A DNA stretch of 40,031 nt from Bacteroidales bacterium (GCA_045640025.1 JAZUEG010000320.1:1-40031), one strand, 5' to 3'; shown: positions 1 through 8,930, counted from the stretch's first letter. Numbers and translations are program-made. The notes: generated by a model from the letters alone, not told the origin.

Positions 1-11
1 ATAGCATTATT

Positions 12-1745
12 GTGACTTCGTATATTATGCATAATGATTTTTCAAACAACAATCCTTGTTTGGATCAATACATTATGCATTCTGATGACGTATATTATAG
101 AGTTTCAAAATCATTGTCTTTGAGAAGTATTGAAGATGTAATTGAGGCCTTTGAACATTCTGTTGGCAAGTCTAATTCTATATCTAATGGTGCTGTATAT
201 ACTCCCGAATATATTAGAATGAAGATTGTTGAAGAGTGTTTCCTTCGTTTTGGTAATGAGGTTAATATTGGAGATCTTAATTGCATTGATTTTTCTTGTG
301 GGTGTGGCGCATTTTTGTGTACGCTTTGCAAGGAAATAAAAAGTCGTACCAATCTACCATATTCTTCTGTTCTAAAACATATATATGGAGTTGATATTTC
401 TGATAGAAGCGTAGAAAGAGCAAAGATTCTGTTGATTCTGTTGGCTCTATCGGAGGGAGAGATTATTGATAGTGATATTTTAAATATTGTTGTAGGAAAT
501 GCTTTGGATATTGATATCAAGAGTCTTTTGAAAGTCGATAAAGGATTTGATATTGTAGTTGGCAATCCACCTTATGTGAGGGCAAAAAATATGGATATTT
601 GCTCTAAATCAGTATTGTCTAATTGGACGGTTGCTAAGTGTGGCAATCCCGATTTGTATATACCATTTTTTGAGATAGGTGTAAAAATTCTTTCTAAAAA
701 GGGTATTTTGGGATTTATTACAATGAATTCATTTTTCAAAAGTTTAAATGCGAGGTTGTTGCGTAAGTTTTTTTCTGAAAATAAACTTTCTGTTCGCATT
801 GTTAATTTTGGTGATGAGTTGATTTTCAATAGGTTGGCTTATACTTGTCTTACTTTTGTTAGTCTTGATGTATCTGATGGGCTTGAATACGTATTAGGCT
901 CTTCCAAGGATATTAAGGACAATAAAGATTTTGTATTTTCGAATATTAAGTATTCGACATTGGATTCGCATAAGGGATGGAATTTAAATAAGGCTGACGT
1001 GTTTAATAATATAAAGAAAATTGAATCCGTTGGAGTTCCATTGTCAGAAAAGTACCTTATTAAGAATGGAATTGCTACTCTTGCAAATGATGTATTTATC
1101 TTCAAGCCTGATTATGAGGATGAATTGTTTTATTATATTGATAATATTCCAATTGAACGAGGAGTTTGCAAGGATATCATAAAGCCAAATACTCTTCATA
1201 ATGAGTCTGAAATCACAACCAAGATAGAAAAGGTAATCTTCCCTTATGACAATAATAATGTTGTATTGTCTGAAGATATTTTTAAAGAGAAATATCCTAA
1301 TGCATTTAATTATTTAGGTCTTCATAAAGAAAAACTTTTGAATAGGGATAAAGGACATTTTAATTACAAATGGTATGAGTTTGGACGCTCTCAGGCAATA
1401 ACAGATAAGGGAAAGAAATTATTGTTTCCTTATATGACAGATATTTCACGTTTCATCTACACCTCTCACGAGGATATGATGATATATTGTGGTTATGCCA
1501 TATATAATGAATCGCAGGAAGAGTTGATGATTTTGAAGAAGATACTTGAATCAAGCGTGTTTAATTACTATATGCGCTACACAAGTAAACCCTATTCGAC
1601 TGGTTATTATTCGTATGCCAAAAATTATATTAAATCTTTTGGTGTATGTGATTTGGATAGTTCTGAAAGACTTTTTTTACTTAATTCAGGCGATATGGAG
1701 TCGGTTAATCGTTTTTTGGAAAACAAATATGCAGTAGAGATTTAA
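12..1745 (+). CDS. N6-adenine DNA methyltransferase, gamma class (Eco57I/TaqI-like), with C-terminal target-recognition region; 5' end may lie outside the window
   Basis: 577-aa ORF. It has GAVYTPEYI, the AdoMet motif I-like FSCGCGAFL, and the catalytic motif IV VVGNPPYV (NPPY), in the order typical of gamma-class amino-MTases. The roughly 300-aa C-terminal half is compatible with a TRD. The listed start is GTG at 12 and the first ATG is at 27. The frame stays open back to base 3, so the start is uncertain. GC is clearly lower than in 1800-4600. Confidence 0.8.
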   Translation: MTSYIMHNDFSNNNPCLDQYIMHSDDVYYRVSKSLSLRSIEDVIEAFEHSVGKSNSISNGAVYTPEYIRMKIVEECFLRFGNEVNIGDLNCIDFSCGCGAFLCTLCKEIKSRTNLPYSSVLKHIYGVDISDRSVERAKILLILLALSEGEIIDSDILNIVVGNALDIDIKSLLKVDKGFDIVVGNPPYVRAKNMDICSKSVLSNWTVAKCGNPDLYIPFFEIGVKILSKKGILGFITMNSFFKSLNARLLRKFFSENKLSVRIVNFGDELIFNRLAYTCLTFVSLDVSDGLEYVLGSSKDIKDNKDFVFSNIKYSTLDSHKGWNLNKADVFNNIKKIESVGVPLSEKYLIKNGIATLANDVFIFKPDYEDELFYYIDNIPIERGVCKDIIKPNTLHNESEITTKIEKVIFPYDNNNVVLSEDIFKEKYPNAFNYLGLHKEKLLNRDKGHFNYKWYEFGRSQAITDKGKKLLFPYMTDISRFIYTSHEDMMIYCGYAIYNESQEELMILKKILESSVFNYYMRYTSKPYSTGYYSYAKNYIKSFGVCDLDSSERLFLLNSGDMESVNRFLENKYAVEI

Positions 1746-1809
1746 TAATATGCTGAATGTATGTTCTTTGTTCTAGGTCGTTGTTTGGCTGGCTAATTAA
1801 AATACTCCT

Positions 1810-1870
1810 GAAACCCGTGGAAATCTATCAAAAAAAGGACGATTTCCACGGGTTTCGGTGCTTTTTTTCC
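1810..1870. terminator. Bidirectional intrinsic terminator between convergent methyltransferase and kinase genes
   Basis: Perfect 16-bp inverted repeat gaaacccgtggaaatc (1810-1825) / gatttccacgggtttc (1841-1856) with a 15-nt A-rich loop. A T7 run follows at 1862-1868 on the + strand. The loop and flank provide U-rich sequence on the - strand. Confidence 0.7.
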
Positions 1871-2713
1871 CTATATCCTCTCTATCTTCAGCGTTACGTG
1901 CCAACCGTTCATTGGCTTGTCTGATAGGCAGAGGTTGTAGCCCTGGGACATTAGCATTTGTCTTGATATTGAGAGGCCTATGCCATTGCCGGTGGTTTTG
2001 GTGGTGAAGAAGGGGATGAAGATGTCGCGCCTTACGTCGGGCGGGATGGGGTCGCCGTCGTTGCTGATTGTGAGGGCGTTGCTGTTGTTGCTGATCTGGA
2101 TTTTGTTGGCGTTGGCTTCTATGGCGTTTTTTATGATGTTGATGAATACCTGACGGAGGAGGTTCTCGTCGGCGCGGAATACGGAGTTTTCGGGGATGTC
2201 TATCGTCCAATTTACTGACGGATAGAGCGATGTGATGGTGTTGACGAATTCCCTGAGGTTGATGTCGGCAATGCTCGGCTCCTGCAATTGGGTGAGTTTT
2301 CGGTAACTGTCAACAAATGAGGCAAGGCTCTTGCTGGTGTCGTGGATGGATTGTATGCCTTCCTCGTAGATTGAGCCTTTGATTTTTGGGCTGGCGAGGT
2401 AGGCCTGACTGATACTCTGGATGGGTGTGGTGGCGTTCATTATCTCGTGGGTGAGCACACGGGTGAGCCTGCGCCAAGATTCCACCTCGTTTTGAGCCAC
2501 AAGGCCCGCGATGTGCTGGCTGAGGTCGTTGAGGGTTTCCTGGATGGCGCGCTCTCCGAAAAACAGTCCCTTAGGCAACACCTTGAATGTGAAGTCTTTG
2601 TTGCGGATGGCCTCTCGCATTACTCTTGCGCTCTCCCTCAATCTTGCCTGATGTCGGTAAAAGCATATCGCGCCTATCGCGAGGGCTATGGTTATTATGA
2701 TTGCTGTCTCCAT
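1871..2713 (-). CDS. Sensor histidine kinase (single N-terminal TM helix, HisKA + HATPase_c)
   Basis: 280 aa. Motifs: N-terminal hydrophobic helix METAIIITIALAIGAICFY, H-box LTHEIMNATTPIQ, N-box IIKNAIEA, G1 SNDGDPIP, F-box FIPFFTTK, G2 GNGIGLSISRQ. Its ATG overlaps the stop codon of the upstream response regulator by 1 nt (TAATG). Confidence 0.85.
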   Translation of the reverse strand: METAIIITIALAIGAICFYRHQARLRESARVMREAIRNKDFTFKVLPKGLFFGERAIQETLNDLSQHIAGLVAQNEVESWRRLTRVLTHEIMNATTPIQSISQAYLASPKIKGSIYEEGIQSIHDTSKSLASFVDSYRKLTQLQEPSIADINLREFVNTITSLYPSVNWTIDIPENSVFRADENLLRQVFINIIKNAIEANANKIQISNNSNALTISNDGDPIPPDVRRDIFIPFFTTKTTGNGIGLSISRQMLMSQGYNLCLSDKPMNGWHVTLKIERI

Positions 2714-3234
2714 TATTTTCTGAGTTTTGCGTATAGGGTCTGTCTTGTAATGCCAAGTAGTTCAGAGGCTTTGCTCATATTTCCGTGGCATTTGTCAACG
2801 GCTTTTCTTACGTGTTCTGTCTCTATTTTTTCCAATGGAAGTATTTCCTCGTTTTTGTCGATTGCGTCTTTTAGTACGCGGATCAGTTCGTCGTTGTCCC
2901 AAGGTTTGGATACGAAATCGCTGGCTCCCGATTTCAGGGCCCTTACGGCGAGTTTCACTTCGGCGTAGGCTGTTATCAGCACTATGGGGATGTCGGGATG
3001 ACGCTTGTGGATTATCTGCAACCACATTATGCCTTCTTGTCCTGAGTTGACTCCGAGCGAGAAGTTCATATCGAGGAGCAATACGTCGATGTGTTCTTGT
3101 TGGAGGGTGGCGAGGATGTTGTCGGGTTTCTGCAATGTGATTACTTTCTCGAATACGCCGTCGAGGCATATTCGTGAGGCTGTGAGGATTGCGGGGTTGT
3201 CGTCCACTACTAATATGTTTCCGTAATTTGCCAT
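2713..3234 (-). CDS. Response regulator: receiver domain fused directly to a Fis-type HTH (NtrC-like but lacking the sigma54 AAA+ module)
   Basis: 173 aa. Receiver motifs ILVVDDNP, LLLDMNF, LITAY and SKPWD. The C-terminus EHVRKAVDKCHGNMSKASELLGITRQTLYAKLRK matches the NtrC/Fis-family HTH. There is no Walker A or GAFTGA region between the two domains. Confidence 0.8.
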   Translation of the reverse strand: MANYGNILVVDDNPAILTASRICLDGVFEKVITLQKPDNILATLQQEHIDVLLLDMNFSLGVNSGQEGIMWLQIIHKRHPDIPIVLITAYAEVKLAVRALKSGASDFVSKPWDNDELIRVLKDAIDKNEEILPLEKIETEHVRKAVDKCHGNMSKASELLGITRQTLYAKLRK

Positions 3235-3344
3235 AATTATTGTTTTTGTTTTGGTCGCTTCGCTCGAAATCGGTCAAAAATCAGCAAAAATCTTTTTTTT
3301 TGAGGCAGAAATCTTTGCCGAAAATTTTTCAAAAATCTTTTTTA

Positions 3345-3473
3345 CGCCTACGGCGTTTGGAGAAACATAAATTGACACGAATTTTTCATAAATTACTACT
3401 TTAATAGAGAAAATTTTTGATCAATTTATGTTAATTCGTGATAATTTATGTTCAAAAACCTTCGCCGTAGGCG
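3345..3473. repeat. About 130-bp imperfect palindromic element in the divergent intergenic region
   Basis: cgcctacggcg (3345-3355) pairs with cgccgtaggcg (3463-3473), and cacgaatt (3376-3383) pairs with aattcgtg (3433-3440). aacataaattga (3364-3375) is perfectly complementary to tcaatttatgtt (3421-3432) and 10/12 complementary to ataatttatgtt (3441-3452). Confidence 0.6.
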
Positions 3474-3619
3474 GAATTTGTTTTCCTTCTGCAAAGATAA
3501 TCATAAATATTGTTCGCTGGGAATTTGGAGTGTATGATTTTCATACAGTCTTTTGTATGATTATCATACAAGCGTGCTTTGGTGGGGTGCGATTGCTTGG
3601 CAGGGTGGTCCGGAGGGTG

Positions 3620-3627
3620 TAATTTTG
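3620..3627 (+). promoter_or_regulatory. Bacteroides-type -7 promoter box (TAATTTTG) for the tolC-like gene
   Basis: Matches TAnnTTTG and lies 25 nt upstream of the ATG at 3652. Confidence 0.45.
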
Positions 3628-3651
3628 TGGCGTAATCAGTTTTAAAGAATA

Positions 3652-4647
3652 ATGATGAGACAGGTTTTTGTATGTTTTATGCTGATGTCGGTTTCGGCTC
3701 AGGCTCAGGAGGTTTGGAGTCTGGATCGTTGCGTGGATTTCGCCGTTAGGAACAACCACGAGGTTTTGATGGCTGGCGTTTCGGTGTCTGACGCAAGGGC
3801 TGACAGGTTGGAGGCCGTGGGGGCGTTTCTGCCTCAGGTGGAGGCTGGGGTTTATCCGCAGTTCAGTTTTGGACGCGCCGTGGATCCCGAGACCAACACT
3901 TTCGGAAATGTCAATAATTTCAGTAGCAATTTCGGCTTGTCGGCCTCGATTCCGCTGTTCACTGGGTTCAGTAACCTGAATGATTTGCGCGCGAGGAGGG
4001 TTTCTCTCTTGATGGGCCGTCAGGAATTGCTTGCTGAAAAAGACGCTGTGGCTCAGGATGTTATTAGATGTTATATTGACGCTCTGTACTATAAGGGCGC
4101 CCTGGAGATTGCCTCTATTAAGATGGCTGAAAGCCAAATGCTATTGCATCAGAGCCGGGTGCTGAATGAGATTGGCCTGAAGGGCGAGGCCGATGTTGCT
4201 GAGATGGAGGCCGTGTGCGCGGGCGATGATTTTGAGGTGGCTCGACAGCGAGGTTTGCTGAGGGCGTCGCTTCTGCAATTGAAACGGAAGATGAACCTGA
4301 CGGCGCAGACAGAGATTCTGTTGGTGTCTATCCCCGAGATAAATCTGATAGTAACAGACAGTGTGTCAGTGGATTCGGTTTTTGAGGGTTTCTGTGGACG
4401 GTCACCCAAAATTCTGCAAGCCGAATATGCGGTGACTCAGGCGGAGTATTCTCTGAAATCGAGCAAGGGCGCGCTAATGCCGTCGGTATCGCTCGGGGCT
4501 GAGGTTTCGTCGGGTTATTATCAGACTCAGGGCGCTAATCATCTGAGTTTCAGCAATCAGATGAGCGACAATCTGGGCGAGTGGATTTATGCGAGTGTCA
4601 GGAAGACGGAATTGTTTTTAATCTGTGAACCTCAATTGTATGTTTAG
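3652..4647 (+). pseudogene. TolC-family outer-membrane efflux protein, 3'-truncated
   Basis: Signal peptide MMRQVFVCFMLMSVSAQAQ is followed by the typical OEP start EVWSLDRCVDFAVRNNHEVL. About 315 aa of TolC-like sequence are present, whereas full-length family members are clearly longer (from memory, 430 aa or more). The last 10-15 codons (RKTELFLICEPQLYV) run antisense into the 3' end of the endonuclease gene and coincide with a sharp GC drop near 4600. Confidence 0.7.
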
Positions 4648-5694
4648 ATTAATACGCAATTCGTCTCCTTCGTTATAGATATTGCCAAAATTATGACGGC
4701 TGGTACTTGGTGTATCAAATCGCAAGTTGAAAAACATATAATCTTCCAAATCATTTCGATCAAAGAAGTGATAACACACAATATCCCCGTCTTCTTTTAC
4801 GATAATATATCCGCCATTGGCGTTGAAACGACCCGTCCAAGGTTTGTTTGCTGTCATACCTAATGCATAAGCAACCAAAAATTGTTTGATTTTGTATTCA
4901 TACATAGGTACTTGGGTTGTAGGAGTCAATAAGTGTAAAGGGTCAGACGTTTTCAGAATTTCTGTAGCGTCTTCCAATGTTCTTACCTGTCCACTATAAT
5001 AGCACAGCAATTCTTCTGCGAGAATGCGTTCCAAACTTGTATCCAACATTAAAAGATTTTCGTGGAAGGTTTGGTTCATTACTGAAACAAACTCAACACT
5101 GGCATTCAATGAATTAAGCAATTGAAATTTTGCTCTGAAATTGCTTAATGAGTTAAACTCTTCAACTCTGGTGCTTGGAAAATTTGAGATTCGATAAATG
5201 AAATTTGTTCCGTTTTTATTGGCATTGAATAACGTAGGTGAACCGCCAACCTTAGACTTTATGCTGTAGCCAAGTTCAGGCTTAGAACCTGTATTTAGGT
5301 TGTGGATTACGATTCTTATATCAGCCTTGTCGGATGATTTCGCTTTAACACCACCGCATTTGATTTCGTCCATAAAGGCTTCGATTTCGTTTTTCAATGC
5401 CTCGTTGTGAGTTTCAGACAAATACTCAAAAAGTTGCGATGACTTTGTTAAGAAATCGTCTTGGCTGATAGTAATATTTAGACTCTCTCCCGAAATCAAA
5501 ATACGTCTTCTTATTTCATCAACTTTATACATATTTCGATTAGGACTATCGTCGCGGAAAATCGAGAGAATGGGATAGAATTTGTCATCATATCTATTCA
5601 AATGTCCGTCTCCACAAAACAATTTTCCGTCAGCCAAAAGTCTGAAGAATGCGTAAAGTTCGCTTAATTCGCCTTTGTTTCCGTTTAATGCCAT
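4618..5694 (-). CDS. Type II restriction endonuclease, HpaII-like family (candidate CCGG specificity)
   Basis: 358 aa, lying 2 nt downstream of the m5C MTase gene in the same orientation. The N-terminus GNKGELSELYAFFRLLADGKL resembles the conserved NKGEWSE-Y-LKLL start that I recall for the RE_HpaII family. The length matches my recollection of R.HpaII. Both the family call and the specificity rest on memory and have not been searched. Confidence 0.55.
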   Translation of the reverse strand: MALNGNKGELSELYAFFRLLADGKLFCGDGHLNRYDDKFYPILSIFRDDSPNRNMYKVDEIRRRILISGESLNITISQDDFLTKSSQLFEYLSETHNEALKNEIEAFMDEIKCGGVKAKSSDKADIRIVIHNLNTGSKPELGYSIKSKVGGSPTLFNANKNGTNFIYRISNFPSTRVEEFNSLSNFRAKFQLLNSLNASVEFVSVMNQTFHENLLMLDTSLERILAEELLCYYSGQVRTLEDATEILKTSDPLHLLTPTTQVPMYEYKIKQFLVAYALGMTANKPWTGRFNANGGYIIVKEDGDIVCYHFFDRNDLEDYMFFNLRFDTPSTSRHNFGNIYNEGDELRINLNIQLRFTD

Positions 5695-5696
5695 AA

Positions 5697-7037
5697 TTAC
5701 AGATGATTTTTTGAAACCAACAAATCTATTATTTGTTTTGCAGTTGCTTGAATTGCAGGAACAGCAACGCTGTTTCCAAATTGCTTGTAAGCCGAAGCGT
5801 CGGCAACTACAATTTTGAAATTATCGGGATAACCTTGTAAACGAGCCCATTCTCTCGGGGTCATTTTTCGGATTCCTTCTTTGTTAACTTCACCTTTTAT
5901 ATGTGTTGTTGGAGTTAAATCTTTTTGTCTGTGATCAATAACAAGATTTCTCTCTCTTCCCATACCTCCAACAACAATTGCATTAGCAACTCCGTCATCA
6001 GGAATAATCTCATATCCAAAACCATTTCCTTTGGCTTCGTGCCTTGCTTTATGATTAATCAGAGTTTGTATATATGTTGTTGATAGGTAGTATTTTGCAG
6101 GTACGGGATTTTCTTCCCTGATATCAATGAAATGTTTGGTAACTTCTTCTTGTTTAGGATATTCGAAGTCTTCTTTCGATATTCCCAAATCTTTTCTGAA
6201 CCCAACAATGTAAATTCGTTCCCTATGTTGAGGAACTCCAAAATACATAGCATTAACAATTTGAGGGTCAGGTATAATATAGCCAACTTCATCCAAAGCA
6301 TTGAGAATGGTTTGGAAGGTTTTGCCTTTGTCGTGTATAACAAGACCTTTGACGTTTTCAAGAAAAATTGCTTTAGGTTTTTTCCTTCTCAGAATTTCTG
6401 CAACGTCAAAGAATAAAGTTCCTCTTGTTTCTTCAAAGCCCAATCTTTTTCCTGCCAAAGAAAATGCTTGACAAGGAAAACCGGCGCACAAAATATCAAA
6501 ATTATCTGGTATATACTGTTTTATAGTTTCTTTGGTAATATCTCCAAAGGGAACTTCTCCATAATTTGCATAATAAGTTCTCTGCGCTTGCTCATCCCAT
6601 TCTGATGAGAAAACACATTCGCCACCTAAGTTTTGTAAAGCCATTCTGAAACCTCCAATTCCTGCAAACAAATCTATGAAAGTAAATCTAGGTTTTTCAC
6701 AAGGAGGAAAAGGACAATTTTTAACTTCGTCAAACAATGTTGGCATAAATGGATTTACTAATTCCTGCGCAACAGATCCTTTGTTATTAACTTCTTTGTT
6801 GTCAGTAATAAAATCAATCCAATCTTTTAACAACAATTCACCTCTTTCTTTATATGGTGTGACGAATTGCTCGTTATCTTTAAATTTAAGATAATGAGTA
6901 ATTATGGAAGCCTGGTCGTTAAATGATATTAATGTATCATCTTCATTTAGAGAAGCCTTACTAAATAACTGAACGTTTTTTAGACTTTGTTTTTTTACAA
7001 AATCCATTAATCCAAAACTAGATGAAACAAGTGCCAT
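5697..7037 (-). CDS. DNA (cytosine-5) methyltransferase
   Basis: 446 aa. Motifs: I FIDLFAGIGGF, IV GFPCQAFSLAGKR, VI FLENVKGL, VIII QHRERIYIVGF, X QFGNSVAVP. The TRD contains KGNGFGYEI, which is reminiscent of CCGG-type enzymes. There is an N-terminal extension of about 110 aa before motif I. Confidence 0.9.
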   Translation of the reverse strand: MALVSSSFGLMDFVKKQSLKNVQLFSKASLNEDDTLISFNDQASIITHYLKFKDNEQFVTPYKERGELLLKDWIDFITDNKEVNNKGSVAQELVNPFMPTLFDEVKNCPFPPCEKPRFTFIDLFAGIGGFRMALQNLGGECVFSSEWDEQAQRTYYANYGEVPFGDITKETIKQYIPDNFDILCAGFPCQAFSLAGKRLGFEETRGTLFFDVAEILRRKKPKAIFLENVKGLVIHDKGKTFQTILNALDEVGYIIPDPQIVNAMYFGVPQHRERIYIVGFRKDLGISKEDFEYPKQEEVTKHFIDIREENPVPAKYYLSTTYIQTLINHKARHEAKGNGFGYEIIPDDGVANAIVVGGMGRERNLVIDHRQKDLTPTTHIKGEVNKEGIRKMTPREWARLQGYPDNFKIVVADASAYKQFGNSVAVPAIQATAKQIIDLLVSKNHL

Positions 7038-7040
7038 TTG

Positions 7041-7319
7041 TTAAAAGAATTTTACAGTTGTATAAGGTTCTAACTCTTTAATGCCTATTTCATAAATGTC
7101 AACGTTTGATTTCTCACAGATATCAAACGATTCTTCCATTAAACGATTATATATTTGGCACTCTTCTTTTGAAAATGAAGTTTGTTTTGTCTCATTTGAA
7201 ACATATTCCTCAAATGAAGTATCAGGATGAAAATTAATTCTTCTTTCCTCAACAATGTGATGAAAGAATGTTTCTACTTCTTTAACACTCTTAATATGAG
7301 ATGATTTGTTATATTTCAT
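7041..7319 (-). CDS. Hypothetical 92-aa acidic protein, first gene of the R-M operon
   Basis: The ORF ends 3 nt before the MTase ATG and shares its strand and its low GC. No HTH or other motif was recognised. Confidence 0.45.
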   Translation of the reverse strand: MKYNKSSHIKSVKEVETFFHHIVEERRINFHPDTSFEEYVSNETKQTSFSKEECQIYNRLMEESFDICEKSNVDIYEIGIKELEPYTTVKFF

Positions 7320-7350
7320 TTTTCTTTGATTGGTTATGTTTTTGTTGCTT

Positions 7351-7358
7351 CAAAGGTA
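7351..7358 (-). promoter_or_regulatory. -7 promoter box (TACCTTTG on the - strand) for the R-M operon
   Basis: The + strand reads caaaggta, which is TAnnTTTG on the - strand. It lies about 30 nt upstream of the ATG at 7319. Confidence 0.4.
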
Positions 7359-7416
7359 TAAAAACATTTCTTACTATCCAAAAGAATTTAAAACTATTAA
7401 ATTTAGATTTGTATAA

Positions 7417-8835
7417 TTTTTTGTAGATATCAGCCTTGCTTTCAAGATTTTAGGCGAGGCTATTGTAATTACAAGTTCAGCATTCCTGATATCGTTGGTC
7501 TTTGTGGCTCTGATGTGCAGGTTTGGAGCATTGGCAAATTCGCTGTCGGGCAGTATCAAGATTTCCGACAATCCTGGCTTGCTGTGTATTGTTCTGTTGG
7601 TGAGCGTGTTAGTAGCCATATTGTCTAATATACAAAGCCTGAGATACTACACCTCGTTTCAGCCTGTGGAGGCGCTGAAAGGCTCGATGGGACATACAGG
7701 AAAGGGACGCAGGCTGAGAACTTGGCTTGTGGGATTGCAGTTTGTGGCCTCGTTTGTGCTGACCGTAATAATATCGTTGCTCTATTGTCAGTCAAGTTAT
7801 ATTTACTCGTCGGACTATGGTTTCTACAAGGACGCCCTTATCACGTGCGATATCAGTGCAAGCAATATTCCAAATAGAGAAAAGGAGTGTTTGAGGTCAG
7901 AATTGGAGAAACTTACTACTATTCAGAGTGTTGCCTATACCTCTATGGTGCCTGGCACGGATGATGAATGTATGGGTTGGACACGAGGAGGCGATGACGA
8001 TTTAATATCTATGAGTGTGGTTACTGTGGATCCTAAGTTTTTCAAAACCTGCGGAATAGAAATCGTGGAAGGTGATGATTTCAAGGAGACTGACAGCGAT
8101 GTCTGCATTATCAACAAGGCATTGCAAGCCAAATATCCCGAACTAATCCATATTGGACAGCCATTGTTTGAGGATGATTTCAAGGTATTGGGCATTTGTC
8201 AGGATTTCAGAATTTTCACTACTAGAATTGATAACAGAAACGAACCTGTGGCATTCGTGATTATGGGCGAGAAATACAGCAATTGGAGCGATGAACGTTC
8301 AATCGCATTAATCCGTATTGCCGATGGAGCGAACCCGATGGAAGCGCGCCGTCAGGTATCTGATGTTGTGGCCAAATTCTCCGACGGTGTAACTCCCGAG
8401 GTGAAATTCCTGGACGAAAGACTTGAAGCCGTTTATGACGAGGAGATGAAATTTATCCGTCAGGTGCAGACCTCGGCGCTTCTGATACTCGCAATCACGC
8501 TGATAGGAGTTTTCTGCCTCACGATGTTTGAGACCGAATACCGCAGAAAGGAAATCGCAATCCGCAAGGTGATGGGAAGCACCGTGGAGGAGATCCTTGC
8601 GCTCTTTGTGCAACGCTATGCCGTGCCGTTGGCGGTGTCGTTCGTTATTGCAGGTCCGCTGGCTTATTATCTTGGAAGTCAGTGGCTTGAAAACTTTGCC
8701 GAGCGCACACCGATACATTGGTGGATATTCCCGCTATCGTTTGTGGCAGTGTCGGCGGTCGTGGTATCCACGGTGCTGGTTCAGAGTTACCGAGTGGCGA
8801 CAGAAAATCCGATAAACAGTGTTAGGACGGAGTGA
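7417..8835 (+). pseudogene. FtsX/MacB-type ABC transporter permease, 5'-truncated (C-terminal half only)
   Basis: The frame is open from 7417. The sequence starts mid-domain with FtsX-like TM text KILGEAIVITSSAFLISLVFVAL...QPVEALKG. It then has a MacB_PCD-like periplasmic region and a complete second FtsX domain (EIAIRKVMGSTVEEILALFVQRYAVPL...). No plausible N-terminus or ATG is present; the listed start is a TTG at 7495. Confidence 0.7.
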
Positions 8836-8864
8836 AAAATTTTTTGTAATTTTGCGGGGTTTTT

Positions 8865-8930
8865 AGAACGCAGATGACACAGATGATACAGATTTTCACT
8901 GATTTTTTTATCAAAATTAATCTGCGTTCT
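8865..8930. repeat. Inverted repeat (11-bp arms) between the permease remnant and the MFS gene
   Basis: agaacgcagat (8865-8875) pairs with atctgcgttct (8920-8930). The loop contains cagatga-type short repeats. It could be a terminator or a 5'-UTR structure. A TAATTTTG box sits at 8847-8854. Confidence 0.4.

Larger units (their letters stand above)
4600..7430 (-). mobile_element. Low-GC restriction-modification islet (3 genes, no recombinase seen) replacing the interior of an efflux operon
   Basis: There is an abrupt GC drop between about 4600 and about 7430. All three genes are on the - strand. The islet is flanked by a 3'-truncated tolC-like gene and a 5'-truncated FtsX-permease gene. Confidence 0.55.

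Noticed and set aside
1797-3277. ORFs 1797-2210 (-), 2447-2968 (+), 2795-3277 (-) and others overlapping the kinase and regulator genes
   Set aside because: They lie in alternative frames of well-supported two-component genes. Their translations are dominated by R/P/H/Q runs, which is typical of out-of-frame reading.
3345-3473. Invertible (phase-variable) promoter flanked by inverted repeats
   Set aside because: No TAnnTTTG promoter box lies between the repeat arms and no site-specific invertase gene is nearby. It is kept only as a palindromic or RNA-structure finding.
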